In this document: piece by piece, positions 38,101 through 50,850 of the stretch
Position numbering within the stretch: the first letter of the stretch is position 1
How the letters are laid out: each line of letters opens with the position of its first letter
NCBI GenBank assembly: GCA_004431415.1
Contig: QPMI01000535.1
Span: 124,001-188,000, forward strand
Origin: Cyanophora paradoxa CCMP329
Taxonomy: Eukaryota > Plantae > Glaucophyta
Direction: 5' to 3'
DNA: 64,000 nt
The notes under the pieces: model-generated
What the model was told of the DNA's origin: nothing
What the model saw: only the letters and a program-made list of their open reading frames with translations
Databases searched by the model: none
Made by a program: the position numbers and the translations under genes

Positions 38101-41100
38101 AGAAGTACCCCCGGTTGATGGAGCCGCGGTACCCCTCCGAGTACTTGGGCGAGGGCGGCCGCTCCCGCTCCGGCGTCTCCGGGTCGACGCCCCCGGCGCC
38201 GCCCTCCGCCCGGGCCCGCTTCGGCGGCGTGCCCCTGCGCTCTAGTGGTTAGTTCAGGGCGGACGTCGCGGGAGGGAGGGTAGGAGGGGGCGCGGCTCTA
38301 GATCTCTCGCACCTCGCCTCCTCCTCCTCCTGCCCTCCTTTTTGGTTCGCCGCCGCCTCGCCCGCCGCCGCCGCTTGGAGCGGTCTTGGAGCGGTCTTGG
38401 AGCGCTTGGAGGCGGTGGAGGCGGCGGCGGCGACGCGCTTGGACAGCAGCGAGAGGCGCGCGCTGCGGCGGCCGGCGCGGGGCCCCGTCAGCAGCGAGAG
38501 CTGCGGAGCGAGGAAAGGTTCAGCTGGGACGAGCAGGTCTCATAGACGGGGCGGGGCGGGGCGGGGGCGCGGGCCTGGGTGCCGCCGTCGGCGAAGGGGG
38601 CCGGGTCGTTGGCGCCGGTGCCCCGGCCCCCGCCAGCACCAGCCGCCCGTACGAGTCCACGCGCTCCGCCTGCACCGGTAACCGTTTCTTAGGACGGTCC
38701 ACGTTTTCTTAGGGCGCAAGGGGGTACGGGCTTTGACGGCGCTGCGCTGGGAGGCGGCGAGGAGCCCCTCGGCCTCGCGCTCGAGCCACGCCCGCGCCTC
38801 CCGCCCCGTCGGCGGCGCCCTCCGCGCCGGCGTCAGCGCGTACACCCGCGTCCTGCACCCGGTTCAGAGAAGCGGGGCGGGGAGGGTGGGGCGGGGCGGA
38901 GCGGAGCGGGCGCCTAAAAGGCCGCTAAGGGCGCTAGAAGAGTGCGGGGCGAGGCGGGGCGGGGCGGGCGCCTGGGGGGGGCGTCTCGCCGAGGGCCAGG
39001 AGCCCGCGCCAGTGGGCGAGGCCGCGGGGCCCCGGCAGCGGCGGCAGGCCCCTCCGCTCCCGCGCCCTCGCCACCGTCAACCGCGTGTCGAACCTGAGCG
39101 AGGGGGGTGAGGTGTTGGGGGGTGGAGGGTGGAGGGGGGAAGGAAAGGGGGTAGGGCACTCGGGGAGGGCGGGGGTCTCGGTGGAGGGTACGCGGAAGTC
39201 GCGCCCTGCGAAGTGGCGCGGGCGCGCCGGCACGTCCCGCCGGTCCCCGTAGTATGGCTCCTGCGTCGTCCGAGCCAGAAGGGTCAGATGAGCCCCAGCA
39301 GTAGTTCAGGCGAGCCCGACGCGCCTCGTGGGCGATGTGGGGCAGGCCGTAGGAGCGGAAGGTCGCGGGGAGGTCGGCGCGGGAGGGCGGGTCGACGGCC
39401 GGCCGCAGCGCGAAGAGGGGCGTCGAGGGGGCGCGCTGGGGCGCCGGCCGCGGGGCCGGAGCCGGAGGCTCAACCACGGCAAGCGAGGGGGACGGGGTGG
39501 AGGGGGAGGGGGAGGAGCCGGCGCCCTCGGCGGGGGCGGGGGGCGGGGAGGGCGGCAGCGGGGGTGGAGGCGCGGGCTGAACGGGAGGGGGAGGGGGAAG
39601 GGCCGGTCCGCGGATGAAGCGGGGAGGGGGAGTGCTGGGCCACGGGCCCGGCGGGGTGGAGTCGGGGGAGAGGGGGTGAGCTGCGGCCGGGGGGGTAGAC
39701 GGATCCTTGGCCCGGGGCGTCGAAGTAGGAGGTACAGGGGCGGGGCGGGAGCGGGGGGCGGCGGCGGCGTCTCCGGGATTTCGATGGGGTCGGGTGGACC
39801 GGGGTGGGAGGGGCCGGTCGACGGGGTCCTGGGTACAGGGGCGGAAGCGGAGGGAGGGGGGGCGGAGTCTCCGGGATCTCGATGGACGCGGGGGGCGCCG
39901 GTGCGGAGTGCGCCGGGCGCGGGGGGCTGGCCGGAGAGGCCACGTCGATGACCTCGTAAGGGGCCGGGCGGGGCGGCGGCGTGCCGGGAAGGTGGGCGGG
40001 GCGGGGCGGGGCGGAGGCCCGGGCCGGAGAGGGGGGTACCGGGGAGATCCCCGCCTCCTCGAGGGCGGCGGCGAGGGTCCGGAAGGGCCGCTGCGGCGTG
40101 CCGAGGGGCGTACCCCCAGCCGCCCGCGGCGCCCCCGGCGAGCCCCGGGGCGGCGCGGGGGGCCCCGCCTCGGCCTCTGCTTCGGCCATCTCCGCGTCCT
40201 CCTCCGCCTCGGGCAAAGGAGGGAAGGCGTCGCCGGGGCGGCCGGCGGACGCGTCGGCGGGCCCCGCGGCCCCCGCGCGCGAAGCCGCCGCCGGCGTCCT
40301 CCTCCTCCTCCTCAAGCTCTTCCCTTGCGCCCTGGACGGCCGCCCGAGGGCGGGCGGGGGCCCCGGGCCGCCTTCGGGCGGATTCCGACCGCCCAGGCCC
40401 CCCCTCCTCCCCCCCCTCCCCCTCGGGCTCCTCGACCTCGTCCCCCGCCCCCTGCGGAGCCTCAGCGGCGCAGCGGCGCAGGCGCGGGCGGGCCGCCGTT
40501 GATCGATCGCTCGCGCACCCCCTCCGCCTCCTCCCCGTCCTCCCCGCCCCCCGCCTCCTCCTCCCCGTGTTGGACCTCCTCCGCCGCCTCCTGCGGGGCG
40601 CCCTGCGGCTCGTCTCCTCCCTCCGAGCCGCGCGAGGCGGGGCGGGGCTGGAAACGCACCGCGGGGCCCGCCTCCACTTCCTCGTCCTCTTCCTCCTCGT
40701 CGACGATTACCTCCACGTGGCCGTCCCCGCCCCCCTCCTCGCCCTCCTCCACATCGTCGCCGCCGCCGGCCTCCTCCGCCTCCGCGGGCGGGCGCCGCGG
40801 CCGCCGCGGCGAGGCCGAGGCGGCGGAGGCGGCGGCGGCCTCCGGCGCCGGGCGGAGGTCCAGGGCGTAGCGGGGGACGGGGAGAGCCCTGCGCCGCCGG
40901 CCTCAGGCGGGTCGAGGGTCGAGGGGCGAGGGGCGAGGGAGGGGGGCGGACCCTTGGAGGGCGTCCGCCGCGCGCGGGGCGTCCTGCGCGCCCGAGCGGC
41001 GGCCGCGGCGCCTCCTCCTCCCGCTCCTCTTTTTCCGCCGCCTCCGCCTCCGCCTCCGCCTCCTCCATCTCGACCTCCTCGTACCCCTCCCCAGCGTCCT

Positions 41101-42762
41101 CGGGGAGCCGCTGTCCCCGCCCCTCTGCCGCCCCCGCTGCCGCCCCCGGACCCGCGCCAGGAGCCGGCCCCGCCGTAGCTTCCGCCGCCTCCGCCGCCGC
41201 CGCTCCGGCGCGCGCGCGAGCCCCGCGCCGAGCCGCCGCTGCTGCTGCCGCCGCCGCTGCCTCCGGGGCTGCCCCTGTCCCGCCTCTCAAGCACCAGGTC
41301 CTGCGCGGCTTGTTAGCGCACGGAAAGCTTTATGGACCTCCGACTTCGTTCGCTCGCACCTCGTCCTCGTCGCTGAGGAGGTCGCCCTGCCCCTCCTCGT
41401 CCTCCTCGTTCTCCTCCTCCGCGTCCTCGGCCGCCCTGCGCGCCTCCGCCGCCGCCGCCGCCTCGAAGCCCTGCGGGGCCCCATTCTAAGAGGCGGGGAG
41501 AAGGGGGGGAAGAGAGGGCGGCGCACGCGGAACTTGGGGACGTAGAAGTGGGGCCCGGCGCGCTCCTCGGCCGGCCCGAGCGGCTCGAACGCGCCCTCCA
41601 CCGCGTCGAAGAAGTGGCGCACGTAGAACGTGTCTGCCGCCCCCGCCGCCCCGGTGCTCTCAGGGAGGGAGGAAGAGGGAAGGGCGCGCTGCGATAGGAG
41701 ACGCCGCGGCGCACCGGCGTCGAGCCGCGGTGTCGGAGCGGCCGCGAGGCCGGGGCCGCCCCGCCTGCCGCCGCCGCCCATCCGATCAGATTGGTCAGAT
41801 CACATCAGATCCGATCCGAACGCAGCGGACCGGAGGGCGGCGTAGGGGAGGACGCGGCAGCGGCGCTCGACGGAGGCGACCGGGTTCTTGTCCGTGTGGT
41901 CCGACGCGAAGAGCTCCCTGCACGGGCGAGGGCGCGTGAGGCGCGGGCCGGGCTCGGCCGAGAAGGTTTCTACCGGTGGCATCTCTAGCTACGGCCACAG
42001 AGGGCGAGGGGCGGGGCCCGTCTCTCGCGAGGGGCGGGGCCCGTCTCTATCTACCGGCGGCGGGACATTTCTAGCTGGCAGCGGGCGGGCGGGCGGGCGG
42101 GCGGGCGGGCGGGCGGGCGCACTGGTCGCCGTGGAGGCCGGGGACGCGCCCCAGCGACGTGTCCTCCGGCCGGTAGAACCACCGCACCTGCGCACGCACC
42201 AGGGGGTACGGGCTCAGACGGGGGGGAGGAGGGGGGGAGGGGGAAGGGGGGGCGCCTCCATCCAGTCTTCAGGCCAGTCCTCGTCCTCCTCCTCCTCCTG
42301 GCCTCGGCCGCCGAGCAGCCCGGGGCCGAAGTCCCGCCAGAGGCGCACCACGCGCGCCACCGGCGGCGGCGGCCGCGCCGGCGCCGGCCCCGACTCCGAG
42401 CCCTGCATGGGCTCATCAAGGGAAGGAGGGTGGGGGTGGATACAAAAGACAGAACAGACGCGCGCCTCCTCGCTGCCCCCCGCGTCCTCCTCCTCCCCCT
42501 CGAGGCGCGTGAGTAGGACGCAGTCCCCGGGGCGGATCCAGGCCCCGCTCGGGATGCGCGCCCGCGCGAGGCGGCGCCGCCCACCGCCCACACCGGCCCC
42601 GCCGCCGCCTCCTCCGCCGCGCAGGCGGCTGCGGCGGGGGCGGCGGGGCGGGCCGGTGCCGGCTCGTCCTCCTCGGCGGCGTCGGAGGGCGGCGGGGCCG
42701 GCGGCGGGGCGCGGGGGAGCGCCCGTGGGAGCCGCGCCCGTGGGAGCCGCGGCCGGGGCCGG

Positions 42763-42801
<39 letters not shown>

Positions 42802-45800
42802 GGGCGGCGCGGCGGGCGAGGGCGGCCTGCTCCTCGCGGACGCGGGCGGGCGAGGGCGGCTCGGGGACTGAGGGCGGCACCGAGCTGCCCGAGGAGGAGG
42901 CGGGGGAGACGGGGGAGGGCGGGCGGCGGCGCGGAGGGGAGGCGGCCCCCGCCGGGCTCACAGCCTGTGGCCGGCCGAGGCTCGGGGGCCTGCTCCAGAC
43001 GAGGACGGGCGAGGACGGGGAGAGCGGCGTGGGGGGCACGATCTCCCCCGAGCGCCCCGCCTCGGACCCGGCCTCCGCCTCCTCGAAGGCCGCCGGGGCG
43101 CCTCGGCGCTCCGCCTCCGGGCGGCGCGGCGGGCTTCCCGGATCCTCGAAGAGGCATCCGAGGCTGGCGGCCGGGCCGGCCCGGCCCCCGCTTCCGCCCC
43201 CGCCCCCGCCGCCCTCCTCCGCCTCGCCGCCCTCCGCTTCCCGGGCGCGCGTGCGGCTGCGGGCGCGCGGGGCCGGCGCAGGCCACTCCGGCTCCTCGCC
43301 GGCCGCCGCCGCCGCCGCCGACGACGCCGCTCCCGCCCGCCGCCGCCGCCGCCGCCGCTGTAGTTGATGCGGTCCAACTCGGCCTGCTGCCGCGCCCTCC
43401 GCCGCCACTGCCGCCGGAGCGTGAGGGAGGGCGGGGATGGGGCGGGGCGGGACGGGGTGGGGTAGGACCTGCTGGTAGCGGGGGTCGGCCTTGGACTTGA
43501 AGCGGGGCACGGCGGGCGGGGCGGGCGGGGCCCGCGGGGCGACGAGCGGCGCCAGGTTCGAGATGGCTGGGGAGGGCGGGAAGGCGGGGGCGGCCGTGCG
43601 GGGCGCGCGGGGCGCGGCGCCGCCGGCACGAAGGCCGCCGCCGGGGCACGCGGGCGGGGGCGGCAGGCAGCGGGGCGGACGCATGGGACGAGGCCGGAGC
43701 CGGCGCGGGCGGGCGGGAGGAGGAGGAGGATGCGGCGGCGGGGCGGGGGCGGGGGCGGGGCCGGCGGAGGCGGAGCGGGGGCGGAAGGGGAGGCCCCAGG
43801 CGGCGCCGGCGGGGCGGGCGGAGGGGGCGCTGGTGCGGGGCGCGGGGCCGGCGCCGGCGTCGGGACCGCGTCCTCGTCCGACGAGCCGGCGGCCGCCGCG
43901 CGCCCGCGCCCTGAAGGCGGTCAGGCCGCAGGAGGAGGAGGAGGAGGGGGGGGGCGTGGGCGGGGACGGGGCGCACGTGGGACCCCGGGGCCCGCGCTGA
44001 CGACGGCGATGGGGAGTGCGCAGTAGCGCTTGCGCCCGGCCGGCGCCGGCGCCGGCGCCGGCGCCGCGGGCGCCCCCGCAGAAGCGTCGCGCCCCGCTTG
44101 CGGGCGGGGCGGGGTCCCTTGGCCCCGGCCCTCCGCTCCTTGCGCCCATCGCCCCCCGCCCCCGCCCCTCCTCCTCGTCCTCCTCGTCCCCGGCCCCGTC
44201 GTACTGCGGGATGCGCCTCGCCGCCTCCGGAGGCGGCCCCTCCCCTCGCGCCGTCTCCCTGCGCCAGATCAGAGAGCGTCCCCGGCCGGACTCGAGCCGG
44301 CGCACCGCATCTCGTCCGCCTCGCGCTGCGAGAAGATCGCCCCGTCGACGGCGCCCGCCGCCGGCTCCTGCTCTCCGGCTTCCTGGGGGAAAGGTCAAGG
44401 TGAAAGGGGTGGGGGGAGGGACAGGGGGTACGGGCTCGCCTCGCCGTCCTCTAGCTCTCGGTCGTACCCCTCGTCCCACCGCACGTCCGGCGGGGCCTCC
44501 TGCGCCCGGATCAGCGACCCTGTACCCCCCGCCCCAGGGGCCGCGGCGCGCGGGCCGCGCGCCTCGCCGCCGGCGCCGGCGCCGTCCCCGCCGCCCCGCA
44601 TCCAGTCCAGGATGCCGCCAAGCTCCTCCTCCTCGGCCTGCTGGGGGGTACGTCAGGGTACAAAGGGGCGCGGGCGGGGCACGGCACCTGCGAGGCCCGG
44701 GCGAGGGCCGCCTCGTCGACAAACGGGCCGCCGCCGCCGCCGCCTTGGGGCGGACCCTCGCTGCTGCGCCGCGCCGCCGTCTGCTGCGAGAGCGCCGCCG
44801 CCGCCGCCGCCGCCGCCGCCCACCACTCGTCCTCGTCCTGGGGCGAAGTGAGCGAAGCGGGGGATGGGGTGGAGGCGGCGGCGCGGGGGTACCGGGTCGG
44901 TCGGCGCCGGCTCGGGCGGGGCGGGGCGGGCGGGGCGGGCGGGGCGGGGCGGGGCGAGGCGGCGCGGTCTGCTGCGGAGGGCCAGGCTCGGCTGCCCCCG
45001 CCGGGCCCGGTCGCCCCGTCCTCCCCGTGGAAGTCCGCCTCGTTGGAGGGGGCACGGCCTCGGGCGCGAAGGCCCCGGCGCGGGGGCGGCGGGGCCCGGG
45101 GCGGTGACCTGCGCGGCGGGAGGGGGCGAGTGGTCAAGCGCGGGGCGGCGTGCACGCGCCTCCGGGGCCGAGGAAAGGCGCACGGGTCGGGCGAGGGCGG
45201 CGCCGGCGGCGGCTGCGGGCCCCGGGCGGCGTCGAGGCGGCGGCGGCGGCTGCCTCCAGGAACGGGTTGCTCCACACGAACCTGCCCCGAGAGGGGGGTA
45301 TGAGAAGAAGCCCGGGGAATGGCGGGGGAGGGGGGGGGAGGCGCGCGGCGGGTGTACCCCGCGTCTGGATCCTCCGGCTCCTCTTCCTCTCCCTCCCCGG
45401 CCGGCGCCGGCCGTTTCCGCTGCAGGGCGGGCGGCGGCGGTGGCGGTGGGGGCGGCGGCGGCGGGGCAGGCGGCTCTAGGCCCCCGGGGGCCCGTTCTCG
45501 GCGCGTCGGTCCTGCCGGCGCGGGTCGAGGACGGATCAAGAGAACAAGTGGCCCTGTGGCGATTCGAACCTGCGACGCGACCTCGTGCAGGCGGGCGCGG
45601 AGCGCGCGGGCGGCGGCCGTGGGCGGCGCCGGCGCCCGCGGCTGCGACTCAGGCGCCTCGGGCTGCGAGGCCAGTCCCGCCTGTCCCGCCGGGTCAGCGG
45701 TAAGGGAGACGAGGGGTACGCTGTTCTGCAAGGCGCGCCTGGCGCCGGCGCTCGCGGTCCTCGTCCCACATCGCCGCGAGGCTCTGCACCAGCTTCGTCT

Positions 45801-47255
45801 CCCGCGCCTCCCGCGCCTGGGGGTACCCCGTTCGGGGAGGGGGTACGGGGCGGGGAGGGGAGTGCTGCACGCGTACCCGGAGGGAGGAGGGGTTCGAGAG
45901 GCGCGGGTTTCCGATGGCCGCGGTGGGTAGATCCGATCGGTTCATGACGTCTGGGAGGGGGGGGTACCCGGTCGGAGGGGCATACCCCGGGGGGCAGAGC
46001 AGGGGGTACCGCACCCTCGACGGAGGCATCGAGCTCGAGCTCGCAGAGGGATACGCGTTTCGCGCCGGCCCAGGAGGGCCAAATGGCCGAAGGGGGGGTA
46101 CGAGATGCCGTCCACACGCGCGTGCAGGCGGCCGCCCCGCGCTGGGCCCCTACCACGCGCTGCGTGTACCCCGTCGCCTCTCCCTGCGAGTCTGTGGGGG
46201 TACGAGCGGTAAGGGACCGCAAAGAGGGGTACGGGGATCGGGCGCGCCGCCGTCGGGCTCGGGGGGCGGGTCGTAGCCGATGGGGGTCCAGCGCTCACGC
46301 GGCCGCTCGGGCAGCGGGGTACGGAAACGAAAAGACGATAGATTCAACAGCGCCATGCCGTACCTGCAGAGAGGGTTACTGAAGGTGAGCGGGGGCGGGG
46401 AGCTCGGGGGGGGGGGTACGCGCAGGTTGAGGTCGACGAAGAGCTGGAGGAGGAAGGGAATGTGGGCCTCGTGGGGCTGGAAAGCGCGCCCCAGCACGGC
46501 GCCGCTCTGCAGCAGCGCCGCCGCGCGGCTCACAAGGCCCGGGTTGTATCTGGTTGTACCCCCCGTCGGGCCCGGGCCAGGGGCCGCCGGCGGGGGGCGG
46601 CAGGGGGCGCACAGGTATATCTTGACGAAGAGGCGCTCGGAGGGGTAGTATCCGTAGAACGGCTTCCCCCGCACGAGCGCCACTTTGAAGATGTGTGCGC
46701 GGGAGCGGCGCCCCGCCTGCGGCGCCGCCTCCGCGCCGGCCCCGCCCGCCGCGTCGGCCGCCGCCCGCGCGGCCCCGCCGGCGATCGCCGCGATGTTGGC
46801 GCCGCGGGAGAGTTCCATTGCGCGCTCGATGCCCGCCGCGAGCGCCGTAAGGAACGTGGAGACTGCGGCGTGGAAGGGGACTGTTCGCTTCGAATTCGAG
46901 GCCGCACGCGCTCGCGGGCGGCCGCACCTTGCACGGCGTCGGTTCCAAGGTCCTCCGGGTACGGAACAAAGAAGTACGGGAAGGCCTACGCCCCGGAGGC
47001 CCGAGAATGAGCGCGGGACCTTGAGGCGCGTGCGGCGGGCAGGGGAGCGCCGCGGCACACCCTGTGGAGGTGCAAGCAGGCCTTCTGGCCCGCCGGCGTC
47101 GACCCGAACACGCGCACGACGGGCACCTCCCGCACGACGGCGCCAGTTAGCGGGCTTCGCATCGGGTCCGCGCGAGCGATCGGCGGCGCCATGTAGAAGT
47201 CCGCATTCACGATGCGGATGCTGAACGCCGCCCGCGGCGGGCTCTCCGCCGACAT
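32132..47255 (-). CDS. REV3: DNA polymerase zeta catalytic subunit, multi-exon, with an internal BAH domain
   Basis: N-terminus MSAE..FSIRIVNADFYMAPP..VPVVRVFGSTPAGQKACLHLH, FQPHEAHIPFLLQLFVDLNL, LVQSLAAMWDEDRERR, IPQYDG. Exo-like DPDVLAGYEVQGGSLGYLLERA. Pol motifs VFDFQSLYPSMVIAYNLCFST, RQFGLKMIANVTYGY, VVYGDTDSMFV, ITKKRYVG. C-terminal CPVC..CAEC and CGAC..CDSLDC metal-binding motifs. Ends ..ACSW* if one frameshift near 32250 is allowed. Confidence 0.95.
41580..42560 (-). other. BAH (bromo-adjacent homology) domain-coding exons inside REV3
   Basis: Successive exons read WIRPGDCVLL, VARVVRLWRD, VRWFYRPEDT, ELFASDHTDKNPVASVERRCRV and DTFYVRHFFDAVEGAFEPL, which is the canonical BAH motif order. 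Confidence 0.85.
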
Positions 47256-47304
47256 TTTCAAGACATCGGAACTGGGTACAGGGACGAAGCACAAGCTTTG
47301 AAGA
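47256..47304. promoter_or_regulatory. 49-bp spacer between divergent start codons; putative bidirectional promoter or overlapping 5' UTRs
   Basis: REV3 ATG at 47255 (-) and ankyrin gene ATG at 47305 (+). The regulatory role is inferred from geometry only. Confidence 0.5.
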
Positions 47305-48562
47305 ATGCCGAGCGCGGCGGCGAACCCGACAGCGAAATACGATCCCACAGCCGGTAAGCAGCGCGCTGGGGCCGACGTAACGGCCTACCGCAGTGCGCGC
47401 CTGACCGAGCCGCAGATCTCGAACGAGCCATTACAATCTCGAAAGTCGAGGCTGTCAAGTGAGCGATCTAGCGAGCCTCCTGCAACGCCGTAGGGCCGCG
47501 CGCGAGCGGCCGCCCCGCGGCAAAGTTCGCGCCGAGGTATCCCACGGTGCCAACGCGCCCCGCAGGAAAGCACTGCAGCATGGAGCGAACCTTCAGTTCC
47601 AGCCCGCGCCCGGCGTCAGCCTGCTGATGCGCGCCTGCGAGACCAAGCACACTGAGATCGTCCGGTGCGCGTGGGCGACGGGGCTTAGCTATTCGCGCCC
47701 TGAGGCGCGCCGCAGCATGCTGCTGGAGGCTGGCGCAGAGCTCGATGTGGTCTCGAACGAGGGCTACACCGCCCTGCTGGTCGCCGCCGCCGCCGGTTCG
47801 GGCGCGCGCGCGGGCGGGCGCGGGCGGCGCTGAGCGCAGCGGGCGCGCGGCAGGGAACGTGGAGACGGCGCAGTGCCTGCTGAACGCGGGGGCGAACGTG
47901 CTTCTCGGCTCGCCCGAGCGCTGGTACGACGCCATCGACGCCCTGCTCTCCTCCAGCAAGGCCGAGCAGCGCGAGCTCGCGAGGCGCGTACCCCCCATGC
48001 TTCCGCTCCATCTGGCATCCCCGCACGGGCCGATGGGGCTGGTCGCGCAGGCAAATCATGAGCCGCGGCTGCGGCCTCAGCGCCGAGACTGCGCGGCGGG
48101 ACGGCCTCTCTCTCCTCGATTGGGCCGTCCGCGAGAACAACGGGGTACGCATACACCGTCTTGCCCGCATGCATTCCGTACCCCCCTTAGAGTTGCGTAC
48201 CTCCAGGCCCGGATCGCCCTCATCCATGAGTGCACGGAGGCGCGGCGGCGGGCCGACTTCTCGCGTGACGTCACCGCCGTCGTCCAGCCCGTGCGCGCAG
48301 TACCCCCCTCCCGACGCCCGTACCCCTCCTCACCCCCTTCGCAGATACTGGAGCTTCTCGACGCCCGCGTCATCGAGCTGTTCCGCCGCGTCGAGGTACC
48401 CCCCCCCCCTCCACTCCCCGCGACGCCTCTCCCCATCCGAGCCCGTACCCCCCCCTCCCCCCCCCCTCGGCGCAGGCGCTGGGCGAGCGGCTGTCGAGGG
48501 TGGAGGAGCGCGTGGGGCACGCGCGGCCGCAGGCGCAGCCCCAGCCGCAGCAGTTCCACTAG
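47305..48562 (+). CDS. Small multi-exon ankyrin-repeat protein with a C-terminal coiled-coil-like segment
   Basis: Spliced reading MPSAAANPTAKYDPTA|DLERAITISKVEAVK|KALQHGANLQFQPAPGVSLLMRAC..MLLEAGAELDVVSNEGYTALLVAAAA|GNVETAQCLLNAGANV..LGERLSRVEERV..QQFH*. Stop TAG at 48560-48562. Confidence 0.8.
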
Positions 48563-49816
48563 CCCGCCCCGCCCCGCCCCGCCCCGCCCCGCGTCCGCGT
48601 CGGAGGCGCCTCGCACGCCGCCGAATCGTGAATTATAATTATGTATTCCGAGCTCCGCCTGAAAAGGAGAGCCGGGTGGCACTGCACTGCACGCGTACGG
48701 CCGCGCTGGCGGCGCGCGGCGGCCCGGCGGGCCGGGGTCCCGTCACCCCGTCCTGGACCCCTAGCCCCACGTGCACATCTAAATCTTGACCATGAACGAG
48801 ATCGAGAAGAGAGGCGGGGATCCCGAGGCCGCTGAGCTCCCTCCCCGAGGCCGAGGGCGAGGCCGCCGCGTCCGACCGTCGGACGGGCGTCCGCGACCGA
48901 GCTCGAGCCACGTACTGAGTCATCGTACTTCGAGAGCGGGCCAGTAATCCAGTACTAGTAATCCAGTAATCCAGTCAAAAGGCTTCAAGATTTGTAAAAA
49001 CGCGAGGAGGCGCCTTCCGCTCCGGATCCGAGGCTCCCTGCCCGGGGCAGGAGCTCGAGGTGCCCCTGCACGGAGTACATGCCCGGACAGGACCTCGAGG
49101 CGCCCACGCGGAGGGCGCGCAGGGACCGGAACCATGCGCCGCCAGCCTGGCGGGACGCCGCGGGAGACCAAAAATGTTCAAAGCTTTAATACTAGGGGCC
49201 CGGCCGCGTTTGGCGCGCCGGGGGTGCAAGGGGGGAACCGGGATCTAATGAAAGAGTCGTAGTGGCACGGGCATGCACGGGGCAGATGTAGATCGACCCC
49301 GGCCCGGCCCAGCTGCAGTAATAATCCATGCATGCCTGCCGGCGCCGGCGCCAGTGCCGCAGCTGAGACTGCTGCCAGCTGCAGGCTGGGAGATCGCGCC
49401 CCACGTGCACAGGCCGGCCCCCACTATATTGCAAGGGGGGGTACCCCCTCCCTTGCTCCCCTGGTGAATTGGTGCGGCGTACTTTCTGTGTTAGCAATTT
49501 TTGTAAGATGAGATTCTTTGCATGCACTCTCGTATAGGTGTGATCGCACCATAGCCGCTGCGAGCGGCGGAAAAAAATGCAATGGCGGGGCTGCGCAAAC
49601 ATGCCGAAGCCGCTCCTCACCTGCTATTGCTATATGCGCCAAACCACGTGCTCCTGATTGCTCTAAATGCGCTCTACAAACTCTGTCATACATGCCTTGG
49701 CTCGAGAAGCGGCGCGTCGCGCGCTAGGCCGCCTCAAGTACCTGTTGTACCGGGCGCCGAAAAAAAGCGCTCCCGAGAGTTTCAGGAGATCGTGTTACAG
49801 TACCCGTGCTTCAAGC

Positions 49817-49870
49817 TGGAGCAGGGGGGAATGGAGCAGGGGGGAATGGAGCAGGGGGGAATGGAGCAGG
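49817..49870. repeat. 15-bp minisatellite, about 3.6 copies
   Basis: tggagcaggggggaa repeated in tandem. Confidence 0.9.
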
Positions 49871-50398
49871 TGGCCATGGCAAGCGAAGAAGCGAAGCAGC
49901 TGTTACATGTGCACGAGCTCGCATGCGCAGCTCTGCTCGCGACGCCGCGTTCCGGTGCGCTTCGAATTCCGGCTGCGGCCTCGAGCTCGGGCCGCGGCGT
50001 TCCGCCTTAAGCTTCGCTCTCGGTTTCTGACGAACTCCGGTTCAAGCAGACTCCAGCTAAGATTTAGATATCGATATCGATATGTCTAGACCCTCAAGCG
50101 CAGTCACAATGAGCTGTCATGCCGGTGAGCAATTGCAAGTACGGCGCAGCCTATAGCTAGCCGCGCCGCGGCGGGCTGCCTAGGCCTCGCACGCGTACGA
50201 GTGAACGCCTAGGCCTAGATAGCTAGCCCTCAACGCCACGCGCGCGTGTCTTGACCCGCGGCCAGCGCCCCGGCCCAGCGCCCGCAGTATTCGCTGCAGC
50301 TGCAGCTGGGCCGAGCTAGCCGGCGCCACTGGGCCTCGCCCCCGCGCCGCCGCTCTCCAGAGCGCGCTGGCGCCTCGGCCCTAGGCCCTAGGCCCTAG

Positions 50399-50850
50399 GC
50401 CACCTGCCCCTCCGCTCGCTTCCCCGCCCGCCGCCCTGCCGGTTGCTTCAGCGTCGTCGACTCCAGGTTCGCTCCGCCGCTGCTGCCGCGCACCTGGCCC
50501 GGCCGCCCCCGCTGGGCCCCGCCCCCGCACGGCCGCTTTCCGGGGCGAGCTGACGCCTCGGCTCTGCGTATGTGCAGGCCTAGGCTATGCGCAGGGCCCG
50601 GCGCCACCTGCCCCTCCGCCCGCTTCCCCGCCCGCCGCCGGCGCCCTAGGCTTGCCGGCTGCTCCAGCGTCGTCGACTCCAGGTTCGCTCCGCCGCTGCT
50701 GCCGCGCACCTGGCCCGGCCGCCCCCGCTGGGCCCCGCCCCCGCACGGCCGCTGTCCGGGGCGAGCTGACGCCTCGGCTCTGCGTATGTGCAGGCTATGC
50801 GCAGGGCCCGGCGCCACCTGCCCCTCCGCCCGCTTCCCTGCCCGCCGCCG
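50399..50850. repeat. ~205-bp tandem repeat, about 2.2 copies
   Basis: cacctgcccctccgc recurs at 50401, 50605 and 50815 with near-identical intervening sequence. Confidence 0.85.

Noticed and set aside
32230-46500. REV3 as a pseudogene because of frame breaks
   Set aside because: All catalytic and metal-binding motifs are intact; the breaks coincide with introns or G/C homopolymers typical of long-read error.
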